Assembly (NCBI GenBank): GCA_016618085.1
Contig: JABLTG010000160.1
Coordinates: 1 to 43,097, forward strand
From: Neovahlkampfia damariscottae
Taxonomy: Eukaryota
Direction of reading: 5' to 3'
Length of the DNA stretch: 43,097 bases
Part shown: positions 1-11,501 of the stretch, piece by piece
Numbering within the stretch: the stretch's first letter is position 1
How the letters are laid out: each line of letters opens with the position of its first letter
Program-made: the position numbers and the translations under genes
Notes under the pieces: generated by a model
Database searches by the model: none
What the model was told of the DNA's origin: nothing
What the model saw: only the letters and a program-made list of their open reading frames with translations

Positions 1-122
1 TTCTTGTCAACTGAAGAAGAAGAAGAACTTGAAGGTATACTTTTCACTTGTAGCATGTCTTCTTTTTCTTTAGTCCACCAAAAAGGATACGAATCTTTTC
101 CTTGTTTATATGTTGATTTCAT
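1..122 (-). CDS. N-terminus of Fanzor2-like protein, copy 1 (partial)
   Basis: ATG at 122, MKSTYKQGKDSYPFWWTKEKEDMLQVKSIPSSSSSSSVDK..., near-identical to 42545 onward. Confidence 0.7.
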   Translation of the reverse strand, partial: MKSTYKQGKDSYPFWWTKEKEDMLQVKSIPSSSSSSSVDK

Positions 123-247
123 ATTTCCTGTTTCTTTTGTTGAACTTTTTGTTCTTCAAGTTTTCTCTTTTTTATCACTTCTGTTGTTGATGTTGAAGTA
201 ACATTTTTTTCTTTCCAAAATGAATCCAATTTGAGCTGTTTGGACAT
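119..247 (-). CDS. 42-aa PIP-box/NLS upstream ORF of the element, copy 1
   Basis: MSKQLKLDSFWKEKNVTSTSTTEVIKKRKLEEQKVQQKKQEI*, identical to 42420-42548. Confidence 0.55.
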   Translation of the reverse strand: MSKQLKLDSFWKEKNVTSTSTTEVIKKRKLEEQKVQQKKQEI

Positions 248-405
248 TTTAAATACTTGAGATCTTTTTCAGTATTTTCTAGTTGAACAACTTCAAGTAA
301 AAATTCTAAAAATAACTGGCAAAATTAAATCGAATTGGCCACTTTTATCACAATAACCATCAATTCTTGAATCCGTTGAAAAATTTAGTGAAATCCGATT
401 GGACA

Positions 406-1977
406 ATGACACAAAACCCAGTGTTCAACACAAAAACACTCAAAGACAAAATTTTTGATTCTAAACAGAAATCAAAAGAAGAAAAAGGAAATAATTTAAA
501 AGAATTAGAGAAGAAATTAAACCAATATAATTCAACTAAATTATTTCTTCCAATTTGGAGTTTCGAAGAATATGAAAAAAAGCAACACACAGAAATATTA
601 GATGATATAAAAATTGAAATTGGAAATGTAAAACAGTTGAGTAAAATTCATCGATTCATTTTATGTTTTTTACCTATAAAAAATTATGATGTTTCTCACT
701 CATTATTATTATCCATTTGTGATAATTTTTTTGAACTTTTAAGTTTGAATACGATACCCATTATTATAAATGAATATGATGATGATGATTTAGCTGAAAT
801 TATATTCAGATTACAACATCCAATGGCATCAAATTTATTATCTTTAAATCTTGATCAAATTTCTCTGGAAACATTAGGTCTAACAGGTGATAATGATATA
901 TTTTTAGGAGGTCCATTTCGTACTATTATGACAGTTACTAATAATTTGACTCGATCTTTTCCAAAATTGATGAAAAAATTTGGAATTTTTATTGTTGAAA
1001 ATGGTAGAATTGAATGTAAAATATTATCTAATGATGATTTAATTCTTGATCATTTTGGTATAATTTTACAAGATTTAGTTGTAAAAGTTACTGATCCTCA
1101 ATTTTTTGTTTTAAATTTGAAAAGTTTATTTATAGATTTAGAATTCGCAATAATTCAAGAAATTGAAACAGAATTTAAAAGAAATCTTGAAATATTGAAA
1201 ATATCAACAGTTAAAGATAATTTAGAATTTGAATTATTTTTAAAAAACGAAACTAAATATTTATTTTTTTCCTCATATATTTTGAAAAATGAAAATGAAT
1301 ATTCAAGTTTATTATTATATGAAGAGATTAAAAGATTTAAAGCAATTTTAAATAATAAAAGAAGAAATTTATCCGCTAAATTTATATTGGATAATTATTT
1401 TAATCAAAGCACATCATTATTTCCAAATTTAACGAAAGAATTATTAAAGAAATTTGATAAAAGAACATCAAAAGAAACAAGAGAAATTATAAACGAAAAG
1501 AAGAATAATTCACCTTTGAATCCAGTTCGACGGGAATTACAAAAAAAAAAAGAATCATTTTTATTATTACAAAAACTACCAACTGTTTTACCTGATATTG
1601 AAAAATTTGAAATCAAAGATTTATCAAATTTATTTGAATTTCAAAATTATTCAGAAAAAGATTTTTCAACATCCCGCGATTTATTTGATCAAGTTGAAAT
1701 TTATTTAAAAAATCATTATTTATTCAACATTTATAAAGAAAATTTTTTGAATTCTTTAGAATTTGAAGTTTTAATTGATTTTTTAAAAAAAGAAAAAAAA
1801 TTTGTAAAAAGAATTGATTACTTATTCAATGATGATTTTTTAAATTTTGATGATTTGAATATCATTAATTTATGTAATAAGTATTGTGAAATTTATCAAC
1901 AAGAGCATCATTTTTTTAGTCCAAGATTATCCAATGAAAAAAATGAAACGAAAACACCAAGATTTGAAAAAAAATAA
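406..1977 (+). CDS. Hypothetical protein (~523 aa, single long ORF)
   Basis: Long stop-free ORF in very AT-rich DNA. First ATG at 406 follows a reverse CCAAT motif. No family recognised. Confidence 0.7.
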   Translation: MTQNPVFNTKTLKDKIFDSKQKSKEEKGNNLKELEKKLNQYNSTKLFLPIWSFEEYEKKQHTEILDDIKIEIGNVKQLSKIHRFILCFLPIKNYDVSHSLLLSICDNFFELLSLNTIPIIINEYDDDDLAEIIFRLQHPMASNLLSLNLDQISLETLGLTGDNDIFLGGPFRTIMTVTNNLTRSFPKLMKKFGIFIVENGRIECKILSNDDLILDHFGIILQDLVVKVTDPQFFVLNLKSLFIDLEFAIIQEIETEFKRNLEILKISTVKDNLEFELFLKNETKYLFFSSYILKNENEYSSLLLYEEIKRFKAILNNKRRNLSAKFILDNYFNQSTSLFPNLTKELLKKFDKRTSKETREIINEKKNNSPLNPVRRELQKKKESFLLLQKLPTVLPDIEKFEIKDLSNLFEFQNYSEKDFSTSRDLFDQVEIYLKNHYLFNIYKENFLNSLEFEVLIDFLKKEKKFVKRIDYLFNDDFLNFDDLNIINLCNKYCEIYQQEHHFFSPRLSNEKNETKTPRFEKK

Positions 1978-1992
1978 ATAATTTTGTGGTTT

Positions 1993-2361
1993 TTATAAAT
2001 TAAATTCTCTTTGTCTTCCTGTTAGTAGTTTAGTTGAATCTCTTTTTAAAAATTCAATATCATAAAGTTCATTTATGTGTTGTTCAATTTCTTAAAAGTT
2101 GGTTTGGAAAATTTTGATTTTACCTGGAAAAGATACTTTTAATTTTAATTTCGATTCAATTTCGCTTCGTATTTTTAACTTTTTTTTTTTTTTTTGAATT
2201 ACCTTTGTATGTTCAAAATTGAAAATTCTTTATTTGGATAAAATGGCATACATTTAATTAAACCCTGTATTTTATTAATTAGTTTGGTTTTTTATTACTT
2301 CAAAGAAACAAATTTCAAGTTCTGGATCATTCCAAATTGGATTTTTTGGTACTTTGGTCAT
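1993..2361 (-). CDS. EAF7: Eaf7/MRGBP-like NuA4 subunit (spliced, 3 short introns; absent from ORF track)
   Basis: Manual splicing gives MTKVPKNPIWNDPELEICFFEGLIKCMPFYPNKEFSILNIQ...EQHINELYDIEFLK. This resembles the Eaf7 W..E.E..LF..[LM]...P...K.F and LYD motifs. Confidence 0.6.
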
Positions 2362-2498
2362 GATGTTAAAAATGAATTGATTGGTCAAAAAGTTCAAATT
2401 AAATGAGTAATATTCTCTTATGGAAACAAGAAATTGAATTCAAAACTTGTTTGCAGAAAATAGGTCTCACTGTGAAAACTATGTTTTTCATTTTGAAT

Positions 2499-3746
2499 TC
2501 AAAATTTTAATTTTTTAAATTTACCCAATTTTGATCTCTCTAACTCATCTTCAATATCCAGAGTTTTAATTCCTTCGCTCTTCTCAATTTCAAAACCAAG
2601 AATATTAAACAAATCTGAGAGTATATTTGATTTCAAATGAAAGTCAGTTTCGTGAATATCCCAACATTTTCTTGATGCACCAGTCATATCAGGAGTTGAA
2701 TTAATTTCCAATAACCAAACTTTTAAATTTGAATCTATTAATAAATCCATTCCCAACAAATCAAAACATTTAAATTTTTCAGGATATTTTTCATAAGAGT
2801 TCAATATCTTTTTTGATACTTTTTGAACTGATTCTTTTACAATCACTTCAATTTGTTCTTGTACTTTTGAAAAATCTAAATTATTTTTTTCAAATTCTTT
2901 TGCAAGAGATGATAACAAAATATTCTCTTGAAAAGTCGCTAATCCTTCTTTTTTAAAATTTAAAGAATTATTTGTAATATGAACAAAATTATTTGAAATA
3001 TCATTCATTGAATATTCTTCTGAAGCAAATCTAACTAACCCATCATCATATAAATAAACACTCATTGGATCAAATGATGTTATTAAAATATAAACTCGAA
3101 AATCAAATTTCTTTTTGGAAATTAATAATGGATTTTGAATATATTTTGAAACCACAATATTATTGGATTGTAATTCTTTTTCAGTGAAACGATTGGTCAA
3201 ATAAATTCCAGTTCCTGTTGTATTTTAAATAAATAATATTTTTGAACCTTTTCCCAATCTCTTAGGTTTAATAATCCATAAATCATCTTTTTCTTCTTTT
3301 CTTTGTTTTAAAAATTCAAAATCTTTTGGTAACGAATAGGACTCTGGTAGAAAATTTTTTCCATTAAAATTTTCAATCAAACGTTCTTTGTGTGATAATT
3401 CAGTGATTAAAGGATGATGAAGAACAAAACAATTCTTATTTAAAATTTGAATTTCTTGCTTATTTAAGTCAGTTTTGTTCCAAAACAAGTTACATTCTTT
3501 TAAATCTTTTGTTAAAGTAAATCCATGATTTTCTAAACATCTTCTTAATAATGTTTCTTCATAAAGTTCTCCTTGTATACATTTTAATTTATATTTCAAG
3601 TTAGTTTTGTATTTAATATATTTATCAAAAGTATGAGTGAACTTACAATCATCTCCATGCATACAATATCCTTTTTGATAGAATCTGCATTTAGCTGGAA
3701 CTATTTCTTCTTTTTCAAAAAATAAAAATTTCTTTTTTTCGCTCAT
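2499..3746 (-). CDS. Tubulin-tyrosine-ligase family protein with N-terminal CCCH zinc finger (2 exons)
   Basis: WIIKP, SKYIQNPLLI..KKFDFRVYILITSFDP, DGLVRFA, HITN, LLGMDLLID, WLLEINSTP motifs. CRFYQKGYCMHGDDCKFTH finger. Confidence 0.9.
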
Positions 3747-3828
3747 TCGTGGTTTGTTTGGGGTTGGTCCGTTTTGTTTGGTTGAAAAACGAAAAACCAA
3801 TGAAAAACAAAATTCTAAAAATAAATTT

Positions 3829-4934
3829 TTAATTATTTGAAATGAATAAAGTAATTTTTTGTTCAAAATTAAATTCATTCAGTTTTAGGTGTGAATCATT
3901 TATTGAAATCTGTTGTATTTTTGGATATTTCAAAATGAATTTCACTGTATGTTCGATATCATAAAATACTTTTAAAAATTCATATATTTTTAATATTCTG
4001 TCATCTTTTGAAAACTTCCTTTGAATTGATTCTCCTTCTGGTAATTTTAATAAAATTTCAAAATAATTTTCATTTGGTTCTTCGTCAAATATTTTTTCAA
4101 TATTTTTCGATTTTTTATTCAAACATTTAAAAATTAAAACAAAAATTCGAAAAATAATCAAAAATAACATTGATTTTTCGATATATCCAAATCTATCAAA
4201 TTGAAATTGCCAAAATGACAATTTAAAAATATTCAATTTCTCTTCAATGTTCAAAATATCTCTATCAATTCTAAAAATTAAATGTATTTCTCTTTCTTTT
4301 AAAAGGTCATTTGTATTTTTTATTTCAAATTTCTTTTGTAATTTTGAGTATAAAATACAATTCGATTTTATACTGTCAAGAGTAATATTTTGAATTTGAT
4401 CAACAAAAATGTGTCTTGATAAAGTACAAAATGTATGGTATCCTAAATTATAATAGTAATTTTCATTCTTTTCATCGAAATAAAAATACAAGTTTTGAGC
4501 AAAATCTAGAGTACCTAATTTTTTTATGTTAAAAAAATTTAAAAAATTATTATACCTGATTGTGGTTCATAAAACGGTTTTACATTCAATGATATATGAA
4601 TTTCTTCAGATCTTAATGAATTTGACAATAAATGTTTTGTTTGAAACTTCAAACAGTGATTTTGAACTGTAAAATGACAATTATGTTTTAATGATAAACC
4701 ATTTGATGCATATAAACATTTAGATGAATTTAAATTTAAATTATTCAATTTTGAACAAATCGTCAGACTTGGAAAAAATACACCAACACTTTTCTCTTCA
4801 TGTTGTTTAATAATACCATTAGCTTTGAAAGTTTCAATCATTATCTTCATTTGTAAATACATCAAGCAAAGAAAAAAACAAACATTAACAAAATTGAAAT
4901 TGGAAGAAAATGATCCTCGGTTCCTCTGTTTCAT
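3829..4934 (-). CDS. Two-TM membrane protein with Cys-containing ectodomain and C-terminal UBX domain (2 exons)
   Basis: An intron at ~4515-4555 joins the two ORFs in frame. FPSLTIC follows TM1. The C-terminus ILLKLPEGESIQRKF...YPK is UBX-like. Confidence 0.7.
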
Positions 4935-4972
4935 CTTTTAGTTGTTTAATTTTCATCCAATCAAATTTTTAT

Positions 4973-5173
4973 TTATTTTTTTATACTTTTTTTTGTTATT
5001 AACCAATTTTCTATGGTCTCTAATTCAAATACATCAACTACAATATGTCGCAAAAAAAAACCGGCTGAAACAGCAATTACTGTATCAATATATGGTGTTA
5101 TAATTACATCTTTTGCCCATTGAAATATTTTATTCCATTTTCTATTTGATTTTGATGATTCTGTCTCTTTCAT
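4973..5173 (-). CDS. Small hypothetical membrane protein (66 aa)
   Basis: ATG-initiated ORF fills the gap, has a central hydrophobic segment, and a TGATTGG motif lies upstream at 5207. Confidence 0.55.
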   Translation of the reverse strand: MKETESSKSNRKWNKIFQWAKDVIITPYIDTVIAVSAGFFLRHIVVDVFELETIENWLITKKSIKK

Positions 5174-5227
5174 TCTTCAAGTTTTGTTTTTCTTCAAGAA
5201 CTGATTTGATTGGTTGCTCAATACAAA

Positions 5228-6938
5228 ATGAAAAAACTAACACAGTTCATTTCAAAACAGAAAAACCTTTATTATGGAACTTTTCAGAAAACAAATTTTA
5301 AAGATACCATAAAACCTGTCAGCACCAGAATCAAAATGGAACGTCCTGATTCCGTATTTCGAAATCAATATAAAGTGTGGAAGTTACCAGAGAATTTGAA
5401 AATATTAGAAAGAAATTGTGAAGAATATATTAAAGATGAGAATATTGAAGAGATTCAAGAAATCATTTTAACAATAAATCAACTTCAAAATTTAAACATT
5501 AAAGAAAAAAAAATATTTCAAGTTCTATCAGTCAAAATGATACAAATTTTAATGAAAAAAAAAGATAAAGAGTTAATGTTGGATTTATTTCTGGCATTTG
5601 AAAAACAAAAAAATGTAAAAAAAAAAAATGAATCTTAAACTTTAGATACCTGGTAACTTAATATTTTTGATTAATTTTTTTTAAAGGATTATATTGTTTT
5701 TTTGAATTTTTTTCAGATAATTTGATAGATTGTGAATTTTTATATGAAAGAGCAAAGAGTATTGGATATCCATTTAGAAGTCGAATTTATCGATTATTGG
5801 TTGAAATATTTTGTTTAAAAAACGAAAAAATTATATCTGAAATATTTAATGATATGAAACAAAAACAAGGTGTTGAATTTTTAATTTCAACTTATTTTTC
5901 AAAACTATCAAAATTGACCAATGATCCAAAATTAATTTTTGAGAAATATGAAATGTTTTATGATTTTGGATTAAATCATACAAGTCAATCATTTCATATT
6001 GTATTAAAATCATTAATATCTTTGGATGATGTTGAATCTTCAAATTTAATTTTGAATGATAATCGAAGAAGTTTCGTAAATGATTCAGTTACTTATAACA
6101 CAATTTTATCAATTTATTTAGAAAAGGGATTTGAAAGAGAAAGAGTATCAAATTTAGTTGATGAGATTTATTTTCATGGAATTCAAATAACAAAGGAATT
6201 ATTTACGACTTTATTGAAATACTATCAATTTCATGGAAAGAAAAATGATAGCTTGAGTTTATTAAAACATATTTCAAATTATGACTTGGATACTACATTA
6301 TATACATCAATAGTAAATGTAGCATCTAAATGTAAGTCATTTTATTTCAATTTATTTTTTCAAAAAAAAAAGATTCAATTGAAGAAGGTTTAGAAATTAT
6401 TGAAAGATCAAAAGATCAAAATTTAAATTCAATTTCGCATTATAATACAATTTTAAATAATTGTATTTTATATTTTCCAAAAAATATTAATTTAGTTATT
6501 AATAAAATAGTGGAAGATAAAATGGAAATAAATGAATTTACGTTATCAATTTTATTAAAATTATCAAAAGATAAGAATCAAAGACTTTTTATTGAAGGTT
6601 TAATTGAAATGATACAAAAAAAAGTTGAATATCCAAATTTGAAATTAATGACAAATATTTTAAAATATTATTTATATTCAAATAATTCAAAGAAATTAAA
6701 AGAAACTTTTGATTTCTTATTGGATAATCAAAAAGTATATCAATTAGATAATCATGTATTCTTGATTATGTTATCAAGTTATAGTAATACTATCAAAGAT
6801 ATTGCCGAAATTTTTGAAAAAATGATTAAATTAAAAATTAAACCAAATAGATTGGTTTATAATTTTTTGAATGAAACTTATAAAAAGACTAATTCAAATG
6901 AAATTAAAGTAATTTTATTAAAGTATTTTCCAAAATAA
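5228..6938 (+). CDS. Pentatricopeptide-repeat-like protein, probably mitochondrial (multi-exon)
   Basis: Helical repeats DSVTYNTILSIY, LFTTLLKYY, LYTSIVNV, IKPNRLVYNFL. Basic N-terminal presequence. Confidence 0.75.
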
Positions 6939-6965
6939 AATTTTGATTTTTTTTTTTTATTTTGA

Positions 6966-7667
6966 TTAGAATCTTCCTCTTCCACCACCTCTTCCACCAC
7001 TGAATCCTCCTCTTCCACCACCTCTACCACCACCGAATCCACCTCTTGATCCTCCACTGAATCCTCCTCTTGAACCACCACCGAAGCTTGAACCACCTCT
7101 TCCACCACTAAATCCACCTCTTCCACCACCTCTACCACCACCAAATCCACCACGTCCTCTACCACCACGGCCTCCACGACCACCACCAGCACCACCTTTC
7201 TTCTTTTCTTTTGGTAAAAGTGGGTTTTTTGGTGGAGCTGGAATGAAAAATGTTGCATCTCTCATTCTATCAGGATTCATGTAAAGTTTCTTTTCTGGAT
7301 TTGTTTTTTGAGGTTTTACTGAAAAGTACTAAAAAAAATAAATAATTTTGTTTTTTGTCAAACCACTTCATTCATAGGTCCTAAAACTTCGTGAATTCTT
7401 CCAACAAGTTGTTTATTTTCATCATATGCGTTTGAGTCACAAAGCATAACTCTATGATGTATACTTTTATAAACCCATTGGTCTTGACTTTTATGACTAA
7501 ATTCTCCAACAGCTATATTTTTTTTAACTTCTTTTTTTTTTTTTCAAACCTTCTATTCTTGTTGGTGGAAATTCTTCTGATGATCTAACATTTCTTGGAT
7601 TTCTTGTACTAGTTCCACCACGTCCACCACCTCTGCCTCCGCGTCCTCTTGAAGATGGTCCTCTCAT
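6966..7667 (-). CDS. GAR1: H/ACA snoRNP subunit Gar1 (3 exons)
   Basis: RGG tracts at both termini. Core PP...VGEF.H...DENKQLVGRIHEVLGPMNEVYFSVK. Confidence 0.9.
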
Positions 7668-7777
7668 TTCTTTTTTATTTTGTTTGTTATGAAAGTTCAA
7701 CCAATCAAATCCTTTGACGAGTACATAAAAATTTAAACACTTTTCACATGAAAAATAATCGTGAAAAAAATGGTCAA

Positions 7778-8673
7778 ATGAATATTGATTGGCAATCTTT
7801 TGCCTTTGGAGTTGGAAAAAATCGAAGAAAAACTGTTGGTTTTGGTAAATATGATAAAAAATCAAGAGAATATGAAGAAGAAAGTAAAAAAAAGAAAAAT
7901 TAAAAAAAAAATTAGTATATATTCGTGAATTGAGTATTATTGATGGTGGTATTGGTTGTGCATTATGGGATGCTTCAATTATTTTATCTAGATGGATAAA
8001 AGAAAATGAAAAATTATTCAAAGATAAAACTGTTATTGAATTAGGTGCAGGGTAACTATTTAAAAATTGATATTTAAATTTAATAGTTGTGGTCTACCAG
8101 TAAATTAATATTTATTTTTTAAACTGATTAAAGGGAATATTGGCTGCAAGATATTCCAAACATACCTTCATTACAGATTATTTAGAAAATGTGGTTGATA
8201 ATTTGAAATATAATTTATATTTAAATTCAAATGATGAAGATAATGAAATTCATCAAAAAATAAAAAAAGATTCAACTGTATTTTTATTGGATTGGCTCGA
8301 AGATGGTGAAAATGAATATTTTAAAGATAAAAGTTTAGATTTAATGATTGGATCTGAATTAACATATTCAGGAGATATCAAAGTCATCACTGCTTTAACA
8401 AAGGTAATTGATAGATATTTGGCTGATAATGGTTTGTTCATTGAAATTTTATCTGATGACAGAGATGTTTGTTAATTTTTTTTAAAATTCTAATTTTCTT
8501 GAAAGGGTGTATCTGTCTTTTTAGAACTGATGAATGAAATGAAATATAAATCAAAGATTATTGATATTCCTGAACATTTATTAGGAAATTATCAAACAAA
8601 ACAAAGAGATGAAACATATAAATTATATTTTTTGACAAGGGAGAGTAATGAAAAAATATTAGATTCAATTTAA
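7778..8673 (+). CDS. Family-16 (METTL21/EFM-like) protein methyltransferase (5 exons)
   Basis: GCALWDASIILSRW, VIELGAGCGLPG, ITDY, LDW and DLMIGSELTY after splicing. Confidence 0.88.
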
Positions 8674-10935
8674 ATTTTTTTTTGTTTTTTATGACATTCA
8701 AAAATCCAATCAAATTGAACTTCTTTTTCTTTTTTATTTTCTTTTTCAACTAATATTTTTGTTGCTTCTTTTGAATCTGTTGTAACATCACCATCATACA
8801 TATAAATAAATTTCATTAATTTTTTTTTCATTGAAACTGGAACTGATTCACCAATCAAAAAAATTTCGTCTTTAAAAAAATCAGGCAAATCAACGACTTT
8901 TTCTTTTTCTTCTTCTTCTTTTGGATATATTGATTTTAATTCATTTTCATAAAATTTTTGAATTTCTTTTAATTTTAAAATCATTTTTTGTTTTGGATAA
9001 TTTTTTTTAAATAATTTTCTAATTTTTGAAAAAACAGGAAATTTGTATTCCCATAAGTCATATAATTCCAATGCATCATCTTTTTCAATACATTCTTTTG
9101 ATAAATCAAATATTTCTTTAATTGTATTCAAAGGTGATTTTTCTAATTTTGATGAAACTAATTTCTCAATTTCATTATTGGTTGTATCATCATTAGAAAT
9201 TTCAAACGAAGATCCAATTGAATAATCAAATGATTTCTTTAAATCTTCTATTGGTTGAGTATCATTCAAATCATAACTATCATCATCCATTGTTTGTGTT
9301 TTTTCAATTGGTGATATTTCTTCACCTAAATCGATTGACTGTGATATTGATTGTGTATTTCTTTCAATTTTTTTCTTTTTAATATCTCTATTTTCATTTG
9401 AGTTTTCATATTTTCTTTTTTTATCATATGATCTTTCATCAATATCTGATATTTCTTCAGTTAAAGAATCTTCAACATCATCTTCAATAATATCATCTTC
9501 AGCTATAGATGACTCAAATGCATTTGGATCAAATTCTGCTTCAGAATCTAAATCTTCCAGACCTTTTTCATCTTCACCATAATCAATAAATTCTTCATCT
9601 GATGAATGAAGTGAGAATTCTTCATCAGAATCTGTTAAAAATGGATCTTTCTTTCCTTTTCCTTTTGAAACTAATGAATCAGTTTTAACTTTTTTTGGTT
9701 TTCCAAATTCATAATTTTTTTCATTTAATTTCTTCTTCTTCTTTGAACAATCATAAATCCAATCTTTTGTTACAATGAATGCCTTTGATTTCTTTGCATC
9801 CGTGTATTTATCAGTGTTGGAAATTGCACATATCAAATGAGTTGCTTCTGGACACCAATCTGGTCTATATTTTGATCCCATTTCCATTGCTAATTCTCTT
9901 ATATTTGTCTTTTCTGGATTCTGAATTCCTGAAATAACAATTATAACATTTTTCTGTTAAATGATGAATTACTTTTAATATATCTTACTAACACATCTTC
10001 ATATGATATTTTGTTGGTTGTCTTGGTTTTTTTCTTTGTTTTTGGTTTTGGTTTTGGTTTTTCTTCTTCATCTGAAGAGTCATCAGGAATCACTCTTTTT
10101 TCTTCTTTTTTTGTTTTTTTCTTTTCTTTTTCATTCTTTTTCTTTTCTTTTTCATCTTCTGATGAAGTCAAAGATTTGAATTTATAAACTTTTTTTTCTT
10201 GACTACTTGAAACATCTTTTACTTTTTTTTCAGCTCTTTCTGACTGAGAATTTGGTTGTGAATTTGATTGTGATTTCTGTGAACTTGTTTGTGATGATTG
10301 TGATTTTGATACTTTTTTTGGTGATTTTACTTCTTCAAGTTTAGATCTTTTCATTCTATCAATTGATGTTTCAAATTCTAATTTTTCTTCAATTTCCTCT
10401 TCTTCTTCAATATCAGATAACGAAGGTACTATTGATTCAATGAAATTTAAATCAATTAAAGAAAGTCCAATTTGACATTGTGGTTGATAAGGTTGATACA
10501 ATTGAATATACATATGAGTGAATTCTTTTGATGAAACTTTTTCTGGAAATTCTTTAAAAGTGAACACTTTTGTTGAATTATCTTCAAACTTATGATCATG
10601 TTCAGTTCTTAAACATTTCTTTGATATAATTGTCTTTTTGAGCAATTTTAGTAAAAAAATAAAAATAAAACTTCAAAGTCGTCATGATTTTCGTCTGTCC
10701 CAACAGATACTTCAATGAATGCAGAGTTATAATTTCCTTGGATATTAAATTCTTGCATTTTCTTACCAATTTTCATTCGAGAAATATTTGTTTTCTCGAA
10801 TTTTAAAAGAACTGATGCTCTTTCTTTCGGTTCTTCTGTCAACCACCTTTTCAATGAAGAAATTTCCTCCAAATTCTTGGCTGGATTCATTTTATCCTCT
10901 GAAGAAACCTCAACAACTTTAAACTGTTTTTCCAT
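8670..10935 (-). CDS. XRCC1: DNA repair protein XRCC1 (multi-exon)
   Basis: N-domain VSSED..NPAKNL and GN.NSAFIEV. BRCT1 MGSKYRPDW...THLICA..NT.KY. BRCT2 LPDFF...WIFEC. Confidence 0.9.
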
Positions 10936-11086
10936 TGAGCAAATGAAAAAAAATTCTGATTTGTCAACTGAAGGCTCAAAAAAAAAAAAAGAATAATTTT
11001 CTCTTAAAAAATGGAAAAACGAAAAACTATTTCAACTTGTGCAAAAACAAAAAGAAAATAATAGGTCAAAATTAAATTCGATACAT

Positions 11087-11347
11087 TTATTTTTTTCTAG
11101 CTTCTTTGTTAGCAGCAATTCTTGCAGCTTGTTCTTCTTTAAATCTTCTTTTTTCAGCTTGAACAATTTGACTATTTGGTTTAGTTTTTTTAGCTCCAGC
11201 TTTTGCATTTGAAAATCTTTTGTTGAATTGGTATCTTTTTTTTGCTCTTCCGACTTTTCCTTTTGGTTTGTCTTCTTGTTTTGCTACTTTTGGTGTTTGA
11301 TTTCTAACTTTACCAGCACGTGCTAATGAACCGTGAACTTTACCCAT
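11087..11347 (-). CDS. RPS30: 40S ribosomal protein eS30
   Basis: [21 protein letters not shown] signature. Confidence 0.97.
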   Translation of the reverse strand: MGKVHGSLARAGKVRNQTPKVAKQEDKPKGKVGRAKKRYQFNKRFSNAKAGAKKTKPNSQIVQAEKRRFKEEQAARIAANKEARKK

Positions 11348-11501
11348 TGTGTTTTAGTTTTTACAAAAATTAAGAAAGCAATTTATTGGTCAATTTTTTT
11401 GAATATAAGTATTTTCATTGGTCAATTTTTCCAAAAAAAATCAAGTCTGTCAATTTCGAATTTGAATAAAATCAATTTCAGTTGGTATCAAAAAGTTCAT
11501 T

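Larger units (their letters stand above)
1..366 (-). mobile_element. 5' end of Fanzor2/TnpB-like element, copy 1 (truncated by window start)
   Basis: Reverse complement of 1-366 matches 42274-42660 except for 3 substitutions, a 27-nt indel and an in-frame 6-nt indel. Identity ends abruptly at 366/42274. Confidence 0.85.

Noticed and set aside
4..201. ORF-track hydrophobic ORFs 4-201(+) and 42466-42747(-)
   Set aside because: They are antisense shadows of the Lys/Glu-rich element ORFs, with non-ATG or unsupported starts.
2400..2498. Two short hairpins and an AGAAAA box suggesting an H/ACA snoRNA
   Set aside because: The stems are weak and AT-rich, and there is no properly placed ACA box.
6966..7200. 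GC-rich CCACC tandem repeats
   Set aside because: These encode the Gar1 RGG tract; they are not a CRISPR array or satellite.
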